From the NCBI GenBank assembly GCA_000965745.1, contig CP009479.1, forward strand, positions 128,001 through 192,000: DNA of 64,000 nt, read 5' to 3'. The notes under the pieces were generated by a model. It made no database searches, was not told the origin of the DNA, and saw only the letters and a program-made list of their open reading frames with translations. Positions 1-10,095 of this stretch are shown piece after piece (the stretch's first letter is position 1; each line of letters opens with the position of its first letter). Both the position numbers and the translations under genes were made by a program. This stretch comes from an uncultured archaeon (GTDB taxonomy: Archaea; Thermoplasmatota; Thermoplasmata; Thermoplasmatales; Thermoplasmataceae).

Positions 1-593
1 TTGATCTTTATGTCGCACTTGTTTCCCGGCTGCTTCTCTGCAACCTTGTAGCTGCCTGGCCTGGACGTGATTGTCTGAGGCCTGTGCTTCCGGCAGAGGA
101 TCTGGTCGATTGTCTTGTCCCCGAATGATGGCCTCCACGCACTGAGTATCTTTGTGTTTTCCACAATGTCGAGCTCTATGCAGTCTGCAGCCACCCCGGT
201 CATGACCCTGATCGCGATCCTTGACACAAGGTCCCTTCCTTCCCTTGTTCCGGACATGAGGAATATGTTCGGCTTGTAATCCTCGATCATCTCTGCAAGG
301 TAGTTTGTGTATGGCACGCTTGCAAAGTCCTTCAGGTCCGGAGATTCTGTGCCGAGGAAAATGTCACAGCCGTACTCTTCAGCCTCCTTTGCAATTGGCG
401 TGAGCTCTTCACCAACTGCAACTCCGACCAGCTTTTCGTCAGTCTTCTTTGCGAGCTTTTTCCCTTCTCCGAGCATTTCAAGTGTGGACTTCTTTATGTG
501 CCCGTCGCTGTGCTCAATGTACACGAACACATCCCTGTATTCATCAAGGTTTTCGGGTACAACACAGTTTATGAGTTCACGCATCTTCATCAT
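1..593 (-). CDS. fixB: Electron transfer flavoprotein alpha subunit (FixB/EtfA), runs off window start
   Basis: Manual translation (M)MKMRELINCVVPENLDEYRDVFVYIEH...GRDLVSRIAIRVMTGVAADC...RPSFG is an ETF-alpha N-domain. It overlaps the end of etfB. Start could be 593, 590 or 584. Confidence 0.88.
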   Translation of the reverse strand, partial: MMKMRELINCVVPENLDEYRDVFVYIEHSDGHIKKSTLEMLGEGKKLAKKTDEKLVGVAVGEELTPIAKEAEEYGCDIFLGTESPDLKDFASVPYTNYLAEMIEDYKPNIFLMSGTREGRDLVSRIAIRVMTGVAADCIELDIVENTKILSAWRPSFGDKTIDQILCRKHRPQTITSRPGSYKVAEKQPGNKCDIKI

Positions 594-1383
594 CCCCCAG
601 GACAATTGCCTTGTTCTCTATGAGCTCCTTTACCATTTCCGGGATCTCCTCCAGGGTGATCGTCTTATTGAGCCTCTTCTTCTCCTCGGGTATCTTGAGG
701 GACCCGACAATGGTGGGCGAACCCTTGATGCCGACCCATTCCGGCGGCAATCCGAGAGATTCGTGGTCCATGGTCTCGATTCCTTTCCTCATGGCGTCAA
801 TCCTCCTTCTAAGGCTTGACCTTCTGGGAATGTTTGCGTTAATCAGCATGGTGACCAGTGCAGGCATTGGAGTCTGAACAACCTCTATGCCATGCTCCAG
901 TTCCCTTTCCGCGATAATAGTGTCCCCCTCAATTTTCACCGACGTTGAATAGGTGACCTGGTCTGCCTGCATGAACTCTGCGACTCCCGGGCCCACGTGT
1001 CCCGTGCCTGAATCAGTTGTGCTCTCACCTGCAAGGATCAGGTCGAATCTGCCGATCTTTTTCACAGCGGCCGCAAGGGTCAGTGAAGTTGCATAGGTAT
1101 CCGCTGCAGCAAAGGCACGGTCTGTTATCAGTATCCCCCTGTCAGCCCCCCTTCCCATGCACTCGAGCAGGGCAGATTCAGCTGCAGGCGGCCCCATGGT
1201 TATGACGGTGATCTTTGCAGGAGTCTTGTCCTTTATCATGAGGGCAGCCTCCAGGGCATTTTCATCGGCAGGGTTTATAACCCCACGGGCCTGGGATCTG
1301 TTCAGCGTAAACTTTACAGGATCGATGAATATTTCTTCAGCATCTGGCACCTGCTTGATCATAACAATAATGTCCAACACCAT
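577..1383 (-). CDS. fixA: Electron transfer flavoprotein beta subunit (FixA/EtfB)
   Basis: IKQVPD, INPADENALEAAL, ADTYATS and G..GSPT motifs. Start trimmed from the ORF track (1479) to MVLDIIV. Confidence 0.92.
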   Translation of the reverse strand: MVLDIIVMIKQVPDAEEIFIDPVKFTLNRSQARGVINPADENALEAALMIKDKTPAKITVITMGPPAAESALLECMGRGADRGILITDRAFAAADTYATSLTLAAAVKKIGRFDLILAGESTTDSGTGHVGPGVAEFMQADQVTYSTSVKIEGDTIIAERELEHGIEVVQTPMPALVTMLINANIPRRSSLRRRIDAMRKGIETMDHESLGLPPEWVGIKGSPTIVGSLKIPEEKKRLNKTITLEEIPEMVKELIENKAIVLGDDEDA

Positions 1384-1388
1384 CAGTA

Positions 1389-1661
1389 TCACCCGTACTT
1401 GTATTTGACTCCGTGGCCACCTTTGGTATTGGTCCAGCTTACACTCCCGTGTGAGCAGGCTACGGCACACGTGCCACATTCAACACAGTCCTCGTACTTG
1501 AAATTGAGCTTGCCTTCTATGATCGTGTAGCATTTTGCCGGGCAGGCAAAAGTGCAGAAGTGATCCGGGCATTCCTCGCAGATGTTCGGATTAACCGTGA
1601 TGTGTTCGTATGACTTGTCCGTTTTATAATTGAGAAGTGACAACCTTTCCTCTATTTTCAT
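1389..1661 (-). CDS. fixX: Ferredoxin-like protein FixX
   Basis: CEEC..CTFACPA and CVECGTC motifs, GG.GV.YKYG end, adjacent to fixC. Confidence 0.9.
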   Translation of the reverse strand: MKIEERLSLLNYKTDKSYEHITVNPNICEECPDHFCTFACPAKCYTIIEGKLNFKYEDCVECGTCAVACSHGSVSWTNTKGGHGVKYKYG

Positions 1662-1663
1662 GA

Positions 1664-2956
1664 CTACATCCTCCTGAGCATTCTGTAACCCTGAAGCAGC
1701 ATGTCCTTGCTCTTTATTTTGGAAGATGACATTGAGTCGAGGACCAGCTGCATCATGTGCTTCTTTGGTTTCCCTTCCTCTTTGAAGAGTCCCATCATGA
1801 CGTTTTCAAGCATGCTTGGGAAAGTCTTGTGGATCATCTTGCTCCAGGTTACATTTTCTATTCCCTTAAAAGTTCTCATGTCCTTCATTACGTAGCTTTC
1901 CTCAAGTTTCTGCTGGTATCTTGAAAGTGATGCCGATGAAAAGTCGCTTTTCTGCTTCGCTTCAACAAGTGCCTCAGCTGCAGATATTCCCGATGATATG
2001 GCATAGTTCATGCCCTGGAGAACAAGGCCGTTGCTGAATGAGAAACCTGCGGCATCGCCAGCTATCATGTATCCGTCACCGTACAGCTTGGGTATGGATG
2101 AGAGGCCTCCCTCCTGCACCAGGTGTGCGCTGTACTCGTCCACTCTACCCTCCTCGAGGAGAGGTGCAATGAACGGGTGGCTGGCAAACTCTTCCATTAT
2201 GTCGAATGAGTATACCTGGTTGCTCTGCCTTAGATGCTTCATCGATATCACCGCACCTATTGAGATGCTGTCCTTGTTTGTATAAAGGAATCCCCCGGCC
2301 TCTACTCCGTCCTTCAGGAATCCGAGGACATATTCACAGGCATATCCGGCTTTTCCCCTCAGGTTGAACCTCTCGTTTATTGTCTTCTCCGGGAGCTTTA
2401 TGACTTCCTTTACGCCAATGGCCACATCGTGGTCCTTCAGTGGTTCCCTCAACCCTGAGTCAATAGCCACCCTCGGGTTTGCCCCCTCGGCCAGTATCAC
2501 TGCATCAGCGGTTATCTCATCGCCGTCCTGGATCACTCCCACGACTTTGCCGTCCTTCTTGCTCAGCCTGTCAACAGTGACTCCTGTGACGACCATCGCT
2601 CCGGCTTCCCTTGCCTTCTTGACGAGCCACGGGTCAAGTTTTGCCCTCAGTACAGTATATCCAGTTTTCTGCTCCTCAAAATTCTTTGTGCTGAAATCGA
2701 TGTTAATCTTGGATTTTTCAGTAAGAAATGCAACTGATTTTGACTCAAGGTACCTCTCCAGCGGCGCCGTTTTCTCCCAGTCATCGCTCAATTCCCCCAG
2801 GCCGGTACCCCAGAGAACTCCTCCGGAAACGTTCTTGCTTCCGGGCGGATCTCCGCGTTCCACCAGAAGTACATTCATGTTATTTTGTGCAAGCTTAATC
2901 GCGGCGGAAGCACCCGCGGGTCCTCCTCCCACCACAATAGCATCAAACTCACTCAT
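1664..2956 (-). CDS. fixC: FAD-dependent oxidoreductase FixC (ETF-quinone oxidoreductase family)
   Basis: FDAIVVGGGPAG, ERGDPPGSKNVSGG, GFLYTNKDSISIG, GDAAG. Start trimmed to MSEFDA. Confidence 0.92.
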   Translation of the reverse strand: MSEFDAIVVGGGPAGASAAIKLAQNNMNVLLVERGDPPGSKNVSGGVLWGTGLGELSDDWEKTAPLERYLESKSVAFLTEKSKINIDFSTKNFEEQKTGYTVLRAKLDPWLVKKAREAGAMVVTGVTVDRLSKKDGKVVGVIQDGDEITADAVILAEGANPRVAIDSGLREPLKDHDVAIGVKEVIKLPEKTINERFNLRGKAGYACEYVLGFLKDGVEAGGFLYTNKDSISIGAVISMKHLRQSNQVYSFDIMEEFASHPFIAPLLEEGRVDEYSAHLVQEGGLSSIPKLYGDGYMIAGDAAGFSFSNGLVLQGMNYAISSGISAAEALVEAKQKSDFSSASLSRYQQKLEESYVMKDMRTFKGIENVTWSKMIHKTFPSMLENVMMGLFKEEGKPKKHMMQLVLDSMSSSKIKSKDMLLQGYRMLRRM

Positions 2957-3151
2957 CGTCGAGTTATAGCAAAATAATTTATAATCATTTTCTAGAATGT
3001 GAGAAATTTTGTCGAATATTGATATTATGTGTCGGATAACGACATGTCTTATACTCTTCTCGACCCTCCATGCACATTCCATTTGACGCCCACTTCAGCG
3101 TATTGCGTCCAGAAATTCAATTTAACCAGTTTTGCATGATGTCAATGAAAG

Positions 3152-3808
3152 ATGAACGTCAAGGAAATCTACAGAGTGCTGTACTCTGACATGGGCGATC
3201 TTGGCTGGTGGCCGGCAGAATCTCCGGATGAGGTTGTGATAGGGACTGTACTGACCCAGAATACAAGCTGGAAGAATGTTGAGAAATCTCTTGAGAAATT
3301 GAGGGAGTCGGGGATGATGTCCCTAAGGAGGATATCAGAAGCCGATGTTGAAAATCTTTCCTTGCTCATAAAGAGTTCCGGCTTCTACAACCAGAAGTCT
3401 ATGAGGCTCAAGGACCTTGCCTCAAGAATAGTGGAGAGATACGGGTCGGTTGGCATGATGTCCATGGACCGTACTGATAGCCTCGCTGAGTTTCTGAAAA
3501 ACATCAAGGGGGTCGGGCAGGAAACCATGGATTCGATTCTCCTCTATGCGCTGGAAAAGCCTGTCTTCGTGATCGATAAATACACGGAGAGGGTGTTCTC
3601 ACGAGTGGGTGTATTGGATTCCGGTATGACCGCAGGCGATTTCAGGGACATTACCCCGGTTGACCTTGATCATGACGTGGGAAAACTGAAGAATTTTCAC
3701 GGCATGATAGTCCAGCTTGCCAAGGAACACTGCAAAAAAGAGCCGTTGTGTGAGGGGTGCCCTTTATCCGGCAATTGCAGATATTATACAGAAGTGATGT
3801 TGCCGTAG
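3152..3808 (+). CDS. Endonuclease III-related HhH-GPD DNA glycosylase with Fe-S cluster
   Basis: WWP, LTQNTSWKNV, IKGVGQET (HhH), FVIDKYT, C-x6-C-x2-C-x5-C. Confidence 0.88.
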   Translation: MNVKEIYRVLYSDMGDLGWWPAESPDEVVIGTVLTQNTSWKNVEKSLEKLRESGMMSLRRISEADVENLSLLIKSSGFYNQKSMRLKDLASRIVERYGSVGMMSMDRTDSLAEFLKNIKGVGQETMDSILLYALEKPVFVIDKYTERVFSRVGVLDSGMTAGDFRDITPVDLDHDVGKLKNFHGMIVQLAKEHCKKEPLCEGCPLSGNCRYYTEVMLP

Positions 3809-5007
3809 CCGATAAGTCTCCATCTGTTCGAGATTCTCCTGCCTATTGCAACCCTCTCATTGAGTTCGGCTGCCACTGGGTATTTCAGCATTATCTCGAC
3901 TTTATCGTCCCTTGCGGAAGTAACAACACCGACTGTGTTTGATGTTCCCACGGTGATCATTATGCTTTCCTTGGACCTGATAGGCTCAACATTCAGCTCT
4001 TCCTCAAAGCCCACTACACGCTTGAGAAGGAATGTGTCAAGTGAAAGGTTGAACAGCAGTGGCGGCACTTTTCCAACTGCACCTGCAATTCTGCCGGTGA
4101 ATGAATCACCCTTGGTGAGGAAAGGGTCAAGTTTTGTTCCTACCGCTGCGAGGCCTCCGGGCTTTATTGTGTCGTAATGGTAGCTTCCGGCCATGAGGCT
4201 CACTATTTCTGTGGTAACGTTTTCCCATACCTGCTTGCCGCCTTTTCCAGTCTGGATGCCGGGGACTATTTCAATTTCCTGGCCCATCCTGAGCTCCCCC
4301 TCAACCAATGAGCCCCCGAGGACTCCGCCAACAAGCTTCTCCGGTGGTGTACCGGGCTTGTTCACATCGAAGGATCTGGCTATGAACATCTTTGGGTCAT
4401 GGGACTTGTCCAGTTTTGGTGGCTGGATCATTTCCACTATCATTTTGTATAGAACGTCTATGTTCGTGTTGTGGTATGCACTTACAGGTATGATGGGTGC
4501 AGATTCTGCAATGCTTCCCTTAAGGAACTGCTTTATTTCGTTGAAGCTCTCTACTGCCCTTTCCCTGGTGACAAGGTCGATCTTGTTCTGCACTACAATG
4601 ATGTTCTTTATCCCCATTATCTCAAGGGCTGTTAGGTGTTCCCTTGTCTGGGGCTGGGGGCACTTTTCATTTGCGGCTATTACGAGGAGGGCTCCGTTCA
4701 TTATAGAGGATCCTGAAAGCATTGTCGCCATCAGGGTCTCATGCCCCGGTGCATCCACGATTGATATTACTCTTGCCAGTTCGCACTCGCCTTCCTTGGA
4801 TTCGTTGGAATAATATTCCCCGCCTTCAGCGCTTGTGCATTTGTATATAGGTGAGTCCGCATATCCAAGCTTGATTGATATGCCCCTCTTGATTTCCTCA
4901 GAATGAATGTCAGTTTTTTTACCAGTTAAGGCCTTGGTCAGCGTGCTTTTGCCATGGTCGACATGGCCGACCATCCCTACATTAACTGAAGGTTGTGGCA
5001 GGCTCAT
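3784..5007 (-). CDS. eif2g: Translation initiation factor aIF2 gamma subunit
   Basis: GHVDHGKST, DAPGHETLMATMLSG, QPQTREH, NKID, RSFDVNKPG, WRLIGYG. Confidence 0.97.
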   Translation of the reverse strand: MSLPQPSVNVGMVGHVDHGKSTLTKALTGKKTDIHSEEIKRGISIKLGYADSPIYKCTSAEGGEYYSNESKEGECELARVISIVDAPGHETLMATMLSGSSIMNGALLVIAANEKCPQPQTREHLTALEIMGIKNIIVVQNKIDLVTRERAVESFNEIKQFLKGSIAESAPIIPVSAYHNTNIDVLYKMIVEMIQPPKLDKSHDPKMFIARSFDVNKPGTPPEKLVGGVLGGSLVEGELRMGQEIEIVPGIQTGKGGKQVWENVTTEIVSLMAGSYHYDTIKPGGLAAVGTKLDPFLTKGDSFTGRIAGAVGKVPPLLFNLSLDTFLLKRVVGFEEELNVEPIRSKESIMITVGTSNTVGVVTSARDDKVEIMLKYPVAAELNERVAIGRRISNRWRLIGYGNITSV

Positions 5008-5399
5008 TGAGCTTCCTTCGGTTCTTCTTCCTGCTGCTGCTCAATGGGCTTTGGTCCGTACTGTGTCACCTTAAGGTTGAGTTGTGCTATATCTGTCCCT
5101 ATAACTGACCCCCTGAATGTAACTCTCTTCCTATATCCGTTCTTGGCTCTCCTTCCAAGGGAATATGTCCTGAGAATTCTCTTCCGGCCGGATACCTGTA
5201 GATCGGACTTCATCGGGAAGCCGTCTATGGATGTTCCGCCAGTTATCTTGAGCTTATATCCGGGGAGTTCGAAGAATATCCCGTCAACTTCCTCGCCTAT
5301 TCTCCTTCCGACGAGAGCATTCAGATTATCAGATGATACTTCTTTCTTGTGTGTTTTTCCACTTTTTGGATCTGCGATAACCGCTACTGAATTTGCCAT
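5004..5399 (-). CDS. rps6e: 30S ribosomal protein S6e
   Basis: DPKSGK, GYKLKITGGT..DGFPM, RKRVTFRG; conserved linkage to aIF2-gamma. Confidence 0.95.
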   Translation of the reverse strand: MANSVAVIADPKSGKTHKKEVSSDNLNALVGRRIGEEVDGIFFELPGYKLKITGGTSIDGFPMKSDLQVSGRKRILRTYSLGRRAKNGYRKRVTFRGSVIGTDIAQLNLKVTQYGPKPIEQQQEEEPKEAQ

Positions 5400-5578
5400 A
5401 TTTACCTAACCTTTGCGATACGTTTTTAGCGTCTTTTTTCGGCTTGAGTGAATTATATTGTTCTTTATAAAGGTTAAGCAATCCATTTACAGGGCTCAAA
5501 CTGGCATGGATTACAGCGGGGATTCCGGTTCCTGATTTAGGTCAAGAATATATCATGTGATGCAATCAACCATGAAAA

Positions 5579-7174
5579 ATGATAGTGCTTGGACTGGAAG
5601 GTACAGCTCATACTGTCAGTGCAGGAATCATCGACGAAGAAAGAATACTGTCAACAGTTTCTTCCACGTACGTCTCCGGAAACGGGGGGATACATCCTAG
5701 AGAGGCTGCTGTACACCATTCAGATAAGATTGTGCCAATAATCCGGGAAGCCCTGTCCAAGGCAGGCATCTCCATGAATGACGTGGACCTTATTTCATTC
5801 TCCAGGGGTCCTGGCCTGGGCCCATGCCTGCGGGTTGTCGGGACGGCGGCCAGGTCACTGGCCCTCAAGTTTGACAGGAAGATAGTGGGTGTGAACCACC
5901 CTCTTGGCCACGTGGAAATAGGCAGAAGGCTTGGGAAAATGAGCGACCCCATAGTGCTCTACGTTTCCGGCGGAAATACACAGGTTCTGGCACACTCAAA
6001 CGGAAGGTACAGAGTCATGGGGGAGACCATGGATATCGGCCTCGGAAACATGCTCGACAAGTTTGCCAGGGATATAGGGATAGGATTTCCTGGAGGGCCA
6101 AAAATAGAAGAGATGGCCCGGGATGGAAAAAAGCTGCTCGACCTTCCATATTCAGTCAAAGGGATGGACACCTCGTTCTCCGGCATTTACACTGCCGCAA
6201 AGGCGTACCTGGGGAAGGGCGAGTCCGTTGAGGATGTCTCATACAGCATACAGGAAACCGCCTTTTCCATGCTGGTCGAGGTTCTGGAGAGGGCCCTTTA
6301 CTACTTCAACAAGCGCGAGATCCTGCTTGCGGGCGGAGTTGCTGCAAACGGGAGGCTCAGGGACATGCTGTCATCCATGGCTCAGGACAACGGGGTTGAC
6401 ATATACCTTACGGACAGGAAGTACTGCATGGACAACGGGGCCATGATTGCACAGGCCGGCATGCTCATGTACCAGAACGGGGAACACCACAGCATAGATG
6501 AAACCACTGTAGATCAGAGATTCAGGATAGACCAGGTTGAAACTCCCTGGATAAGGAGCAGCGACGATGCAGTTGACAGAATGAAAGGTGCCGAATCAAA
6601 AATATTCCTTGATACCTACTTCGACAGGGACATTGTCCTGAAGAAGAGGCTACAGAAAAGCTATCGCGTTGCAGGGATGGATTCAAGGCTCAGAAAGGAG
6701 AGGACGAGAAACGAGGCTGCAACACTTATCAGGCTCAATGAGGCCGGAATAAGGGTCCCGAAGGTGTATGATGTTGACGGCTACAATTTCGAGATAAAAA
6801 TGGAGCATATCAATGGAGTCACAATGAGAAGTTTCCTCAGGTCTGGCAATGATGGAGTTGACAAGGTATCAGAACTCGCAGGCATGGTATCAAGGATGCA
6901 TTCGATGGGGATATCTCACGGGGACCTTACAACGAATAACATCATAGTCTCCGACAGTGTATATCTCATAGATACCAGCTTAAGCAGGCTTTCCACAGGA
7001 GATGAGGATCTTGCAACCGACCTCTTCCTCCTCTTTGAATCCTTCAAGAGCAACCACAGCGACAGGCCTGAACTGCCAAAGCACTTCTGGGAAAATTACA
7101 AGAAAAGCTTTCCGGATTACCAGAGGGTTTCAGATGTTCTTGAAGCCATAGAAAAACGGAGAAGATACGTGTGA
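5579..7174 (+). CDS. kae1: Bifunctional Kae1 (t6A synthase)-Bud32 kinase
   Basis: [43 protein letters not shown]; C-terminal kinase with GAES and HGDLTTNN. Confidence 0.95.
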   Translation: MIVLGLEGTAHTVSAGIIDEERILSTVSSTYVSGNGGIHPREAAVHHSDKIVPIIREALSKAGISMNDVDLISFSRGPGLGPCLRVVGTAARSLALKFDRKIVGVNHPLGHVEIGRRLGKMSDPIVLYVSGGNTQVLAHSNGRYRVMGETMDIGLGNMLDKFARDIGIGFPGGPKIEEMARDGKKLLDLPYSVKGMDTSFSGIYTAAKAYLGKGESVEDVSYSIQETAFSMLVEVLERALYYFNKREILLAGGVAANGRLRDMLSSMAQDNGVDIYLTDRKYCMDNGAMIAQAGMLMYQNGEHHSIDETTVDQRFRIDQVETPWIRSSDDAVDRMKGAESKIFLDTYFDRDIVLKKRLQKSYRVAGMDSRLRKERTRNEAATLIRLNEAGIRVPKVYDVDGYNFEIKMEHINGVTMRSFLRSGNDGVDKVSELAGMVSRMHSMGISHGDLTTNNIIVSDSVYLIDTSLSRLSTGDEDLATDLFLLFESFKSNHSDRPELPKHFWENYKKSFPDYQRVSDVLEAIEKRRRYV

Positions 7175-7722
7175 TCACTTTTGTTACAAGCAACAGGCAC
7201 AAATTCGAGGAAGTCAGTGCAATATTCAATGATGCGGGCATAGAACTTTCATGGGAGCAGATGAAGTATGAGGAGATCCAGGCAGACACGACCGAAGAGG
7301 TGTCCAGAAACAGCTGCATCAAGTTGATCGGGCAAATCCACGGCGATTTCTTCATTGAAGATACCGGCCTTTTCATAGATTCTCTCAAGGGCTTTCCGGG
7401 AGTCTATTCATCCTATGTCCAGAAAACCATTGGAAACGATGGCATAATCAGGCTCCTGAAAGACAGGCCGGACAATGCAATGTTCAAGACCGTTCTGACT
7501 GCATACATAAACGGTACGATCAAGCAGTTCACCGGAATTCTGGAAGGAAGCATAGCCTCTGATGAGAGGGGTGAGGGAGGATTCGGCTACGACCCTGTTT
7601 TTATTCCCTCCGGCTACGGCAAGACCCTGTCAGAAATGGATCTCACAGAGAAGAACAGGGTATCCCACAGGTTCAGGGCGGTGAAAGGCCTCGTCGAAAG
7701 CCTTGCCCGCAATGATCATTAG
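7171..7722 (+). CDS. rdgB: Non-canonical purine NTP pyrophosphatase (RdgB/HAM1)
   Basis: [36 protein letters not shown]. Confidence 0.95.
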   Translation: MITFVTSNRHKFEEVSAIFNDAGIELSWEQMKYEEIQADTTEEVSRNSCIKLIGQIHGDFFIEDTGLFIDSLKGFPGVYSSYVQKTIGNDGIIRLLKDRPDNAMFKTVLTAYINGTIKQFTGILEGSIASDERGEGGFGYDPVFIPSGYGKTLSEMDLTEKNRVSHRFRAVKGLVESLARNDH

Positions 7723-7805
7723 AGAGTGCCTCCGGGCCTAACTCCCCTTCGTCTCTTCAGCCTGACCCTAAATTATTATAGCGCCTAAATGCTTACTTTG
7801 ACAGA

Positions 7806-8168
7806 ATGACTTCAAAGATAAGGGAGTATCAGAGTTTTCTATACATACTTGGGGCAGCGATAGGCGTCGTGCTGTTTGTGCTCACATCAAACGAGCTCAT
7901 TTTCAAGAGCAGTGCCCTCCCTGGACTTTCATCTCTTGGAAACTGGGGGTACTGGGTCTTCACCCTGGGGCTTGTCATGATGATAGCATTCTTCTATCTT
8001 TACTACAGACTCCTGTCAGATACAAAGAAGTTCGAAACTCTTATCAACAGTGAGAGCAAGAATACCTTTTCCAAGAATCTCAGGGAGCTTGACAGGATAT
8101 CAAAAAAGCTCGGGCCCAGATACGTGACTGAGCTGAAAGAGACAAAGGAAAAATGGAAATTAAGATAG
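7806..8168 (+). CDS. Small two-TM membrane protein (DUF3198-like)
   Basis: Two hydrophobic helices, GNW.YW, basic C-terminal tail. Confidence 0.6.
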   Translation: MTSKIREYQSFLYILGAAIGVVLFVLTSNELIFKSSALPGLSSLGNWGYWVFTLGLVMMIAFFYLYYRLLSDTKKFETLINSESKNTFSKNLRELDRISKKLGPRYVTELKETKEKWKLR

Positions 8169-8172
8169 AAAA

Positions 8173-9003
8173 TTATGTTTTTTTCAATAATTCCCTGACA
8201 AACTGTGGGAGCTTGAAGGATCCCTCCAGCACCTCACCGTTGAAGTACTGCATGCTTTTTACTTCCTCATTTCTAGGGGAAAGGGTGCCGCTTGATGCCA
8301 TGGTAAATGACCAGAACCCGCTCGGGTACGTCGGTATGAAGGCCGTGTATACCCTGACGTCATCGAAAACTTCCTTCATTCCGCTGTATGCCAGTTTGAG
8401 CGCATTTGGCTGGTAAAAAGGAGAACCGGACTGTGAAACTACCACACCCCGATCAGAAATCAGGTTCTTCACGCCCTTGTAGAACTCCTTGTTGAAGAGG
8501 CCCTCTGCAGGACCAACCGGGTCGGTGGAGTCGATTATCACAACATCAAATTTCTCATCAGAAGTCTTGGCATACTTGATCCCGTCGCCTATTATCAGCT
8601 CAACTTTCGGATCATCGAATGCAGAGGAGAGTTCCGGGAAGAATCTCTTTGAGACTTCCACCACCTGGCTGTCAATCTCAACGTTGACAATCCTCTTGAA
8701 GCCAAGGCCCAGCAGTGTCTTGGCGGCACCACCGTCTCCTCCCCCTATGATAAGGGCCTTTTCAGGCTTTTTCTTAGTGAAGTAGTAGGGCACCATCGTT
8801 ATCATTTCATGGTACACGAATTCATCCCTGTCGGTAAGCTGAACAGTTCCGTCTATTGTCAGGAGCTTTCCAAAATCATAGGTATCAAAAAGATCGATCC
8901 TCTGGAAATCTGTTTTGACCGAGAGCAATTGATCCTTTATCCTGAATGAAAGCTGAAGATTGTCTGAATAACGCTCTGAGAACCAGTTCTCTATCATTTT
9001 CAC
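8173..9003 (-). CDS. speE: Polyamine aminopropyltransferase (spermidine synthase)
   Basis: [38 protein letters not shown]. Confidence 0.95.
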   Translation of the reverse strand: MKMIENWFSERYSDNLQLSFRIKDQLLSVKTDFQRIDLFDTYDFGKLLTIDGTVQLTDRDEFVYHEMITMVPYYFTKKKPEKALIIGGGDGGAAKTLLGLGFKRIVNVEIDSQVVEVSKRFFPELSSAFDDPKVELIIGDGIKYAKTSDEKFDVVIIDSTDPVGPAEGLFNKEFYKGVKNLISDRGVVVSQSGSPFYQPNALKLAYSGMKEVFDDVRVYTAFIPTYPSGFWSFTMASSGTLSPRNEEVKSMQYFNGEVLEGSFKLPQFVRELLKKT

Positions 9004-9373
9004 AACATTGGATAATTACACGATATATAACCCTGTCCGAGAAATTTCGCAATGAATCTGACCGAAATTATATCTAGAGGCTGGAATTTTCAGCCCCGGA
9101 ATGAACTACCTGTGCATGTGATGATGTAGCAGTCCCGGTGCGTTCACTTTTCCCCGCTTTTTTTCTTCTGACGCACCATTTGCTGTGTTTTAAGAGGTAC
9201 CAATCCATCTTAAAATACGGATGACTTGGGGTGAATATGCAATTTAAATGTATTTAGATTATTTTATTATAATATTGGAATATCCGCAGAGTCACTTTTA
9301 GATGCTATCTACTAAAAATGCGATACAAATATTTTAATACAAGCAATCATATTATCAATAGGAGGATTTAAAA

Positions 9374-9643
9374 ATGGTAGGAATAAGCGAGATCTCTAAG
9401 ACAGTTTCCAAGAAGACGGGAACAACACAGAAGGTTGCCAGAAATGTTATTAAGCACTTCCTGGACACCGTGATTGCAGAGGCAGACAAGGGAAACAAGA
9501 TCAACCTTGCCGGATTTGGAATCTTTGAGAGAAGAACTCAGATGGCAAGAAAGGCTAGAAACCCACAGACAAAGAAAATCATTGAAGTACCATCAAAGAA
9601 GAAATTTGTCTTTAGAGCCTCAAGCAAAGTAAAGTACAAGTAA
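9374..9643 (+). CDS. HU-family DNA-binding protein (HTa-type)
   Basis: GFGIFE, ARNPQT, KFVFRAS; GGAGG SD at 9361-9365. Confidence 0.93.
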   Translation: MVGISEISKTVSKKTGTTQKVARNVIKHFLDTVIAEADKGNKINLAGFGIFERRTQMARKARNPQTKKIIEVPSKKKFVFRASSKVKYK

Positions 9644-9660
9644 TTCTGAAAAGAATTCCA

Positions 9661-9703
9661 ATTTTTTTTGATCTTTTTTTAACCTGTTTTTTTACGATTT
9701 TTC
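9661..9703 (+). terminator. Oligo-T terminator after the HU gene
   Basis: Four consecutive T-runs directly downstream of the stop. Confidence 0.6.
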
Positions 9704-9792
9704 AAGTTCTTTACTGTAGTTCCGTACAGCAAATCATGCATATTGACTCAAATAGTATTGTCACAGAAAAAGGGAACTGTGGCATAATGGGA

Positions 9793-10086
9793 TTAGGACT
9801 TGGAATACTTCTTTTTCCTTTCCTTGGACGAGTATCCGGTAAGATTCTCAATCAACTGGTTGTACAATTTTATCGTCTGTGAAAAATCCTTGTGAGTAGT
9901 GTCGGCTTCGGTTTCAGCAAAGAGGCCCTTGCCGTCTGTGTAGAGGTCTACAACCTTCATTCCGGGTATGTAAGCCAGGACATGCTCGTCCTTTATCTCT
10001 GCGCTTTCTGCAAGCTTCTTTGTTTCTTCCAGTATGTAATCCGGAGTTATCTTGATTCCTTTCTTCACGGGATATTGCCTTGCCAT
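9793..10086 (-). CDS. Conserved archaeal protein (DUF5611-like)
   Basis: YPVKKG N-terminus and LTGYSSKERKKK C-terminus. Confidence 0.65.
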   Translation of the reverse strand: MARQYPVKKGIKITPDYILEETKKLAESAEIKDEHVLAYIPGMKVVDLYTDGKGLFAETEADTTHKDFSQTIKLYNQLIENLTGYSSKERKKKYSKS

Positions 10087-10095
10087 ATTTTCACC

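Noticed and set aside
9118-9171. GTGATGA...CTGA spaced like a C/D sRNA in the speE-HU intergenic region
   Set aside because: No recognisable D'/C' boxes, and the second half is a pyrimidine run.
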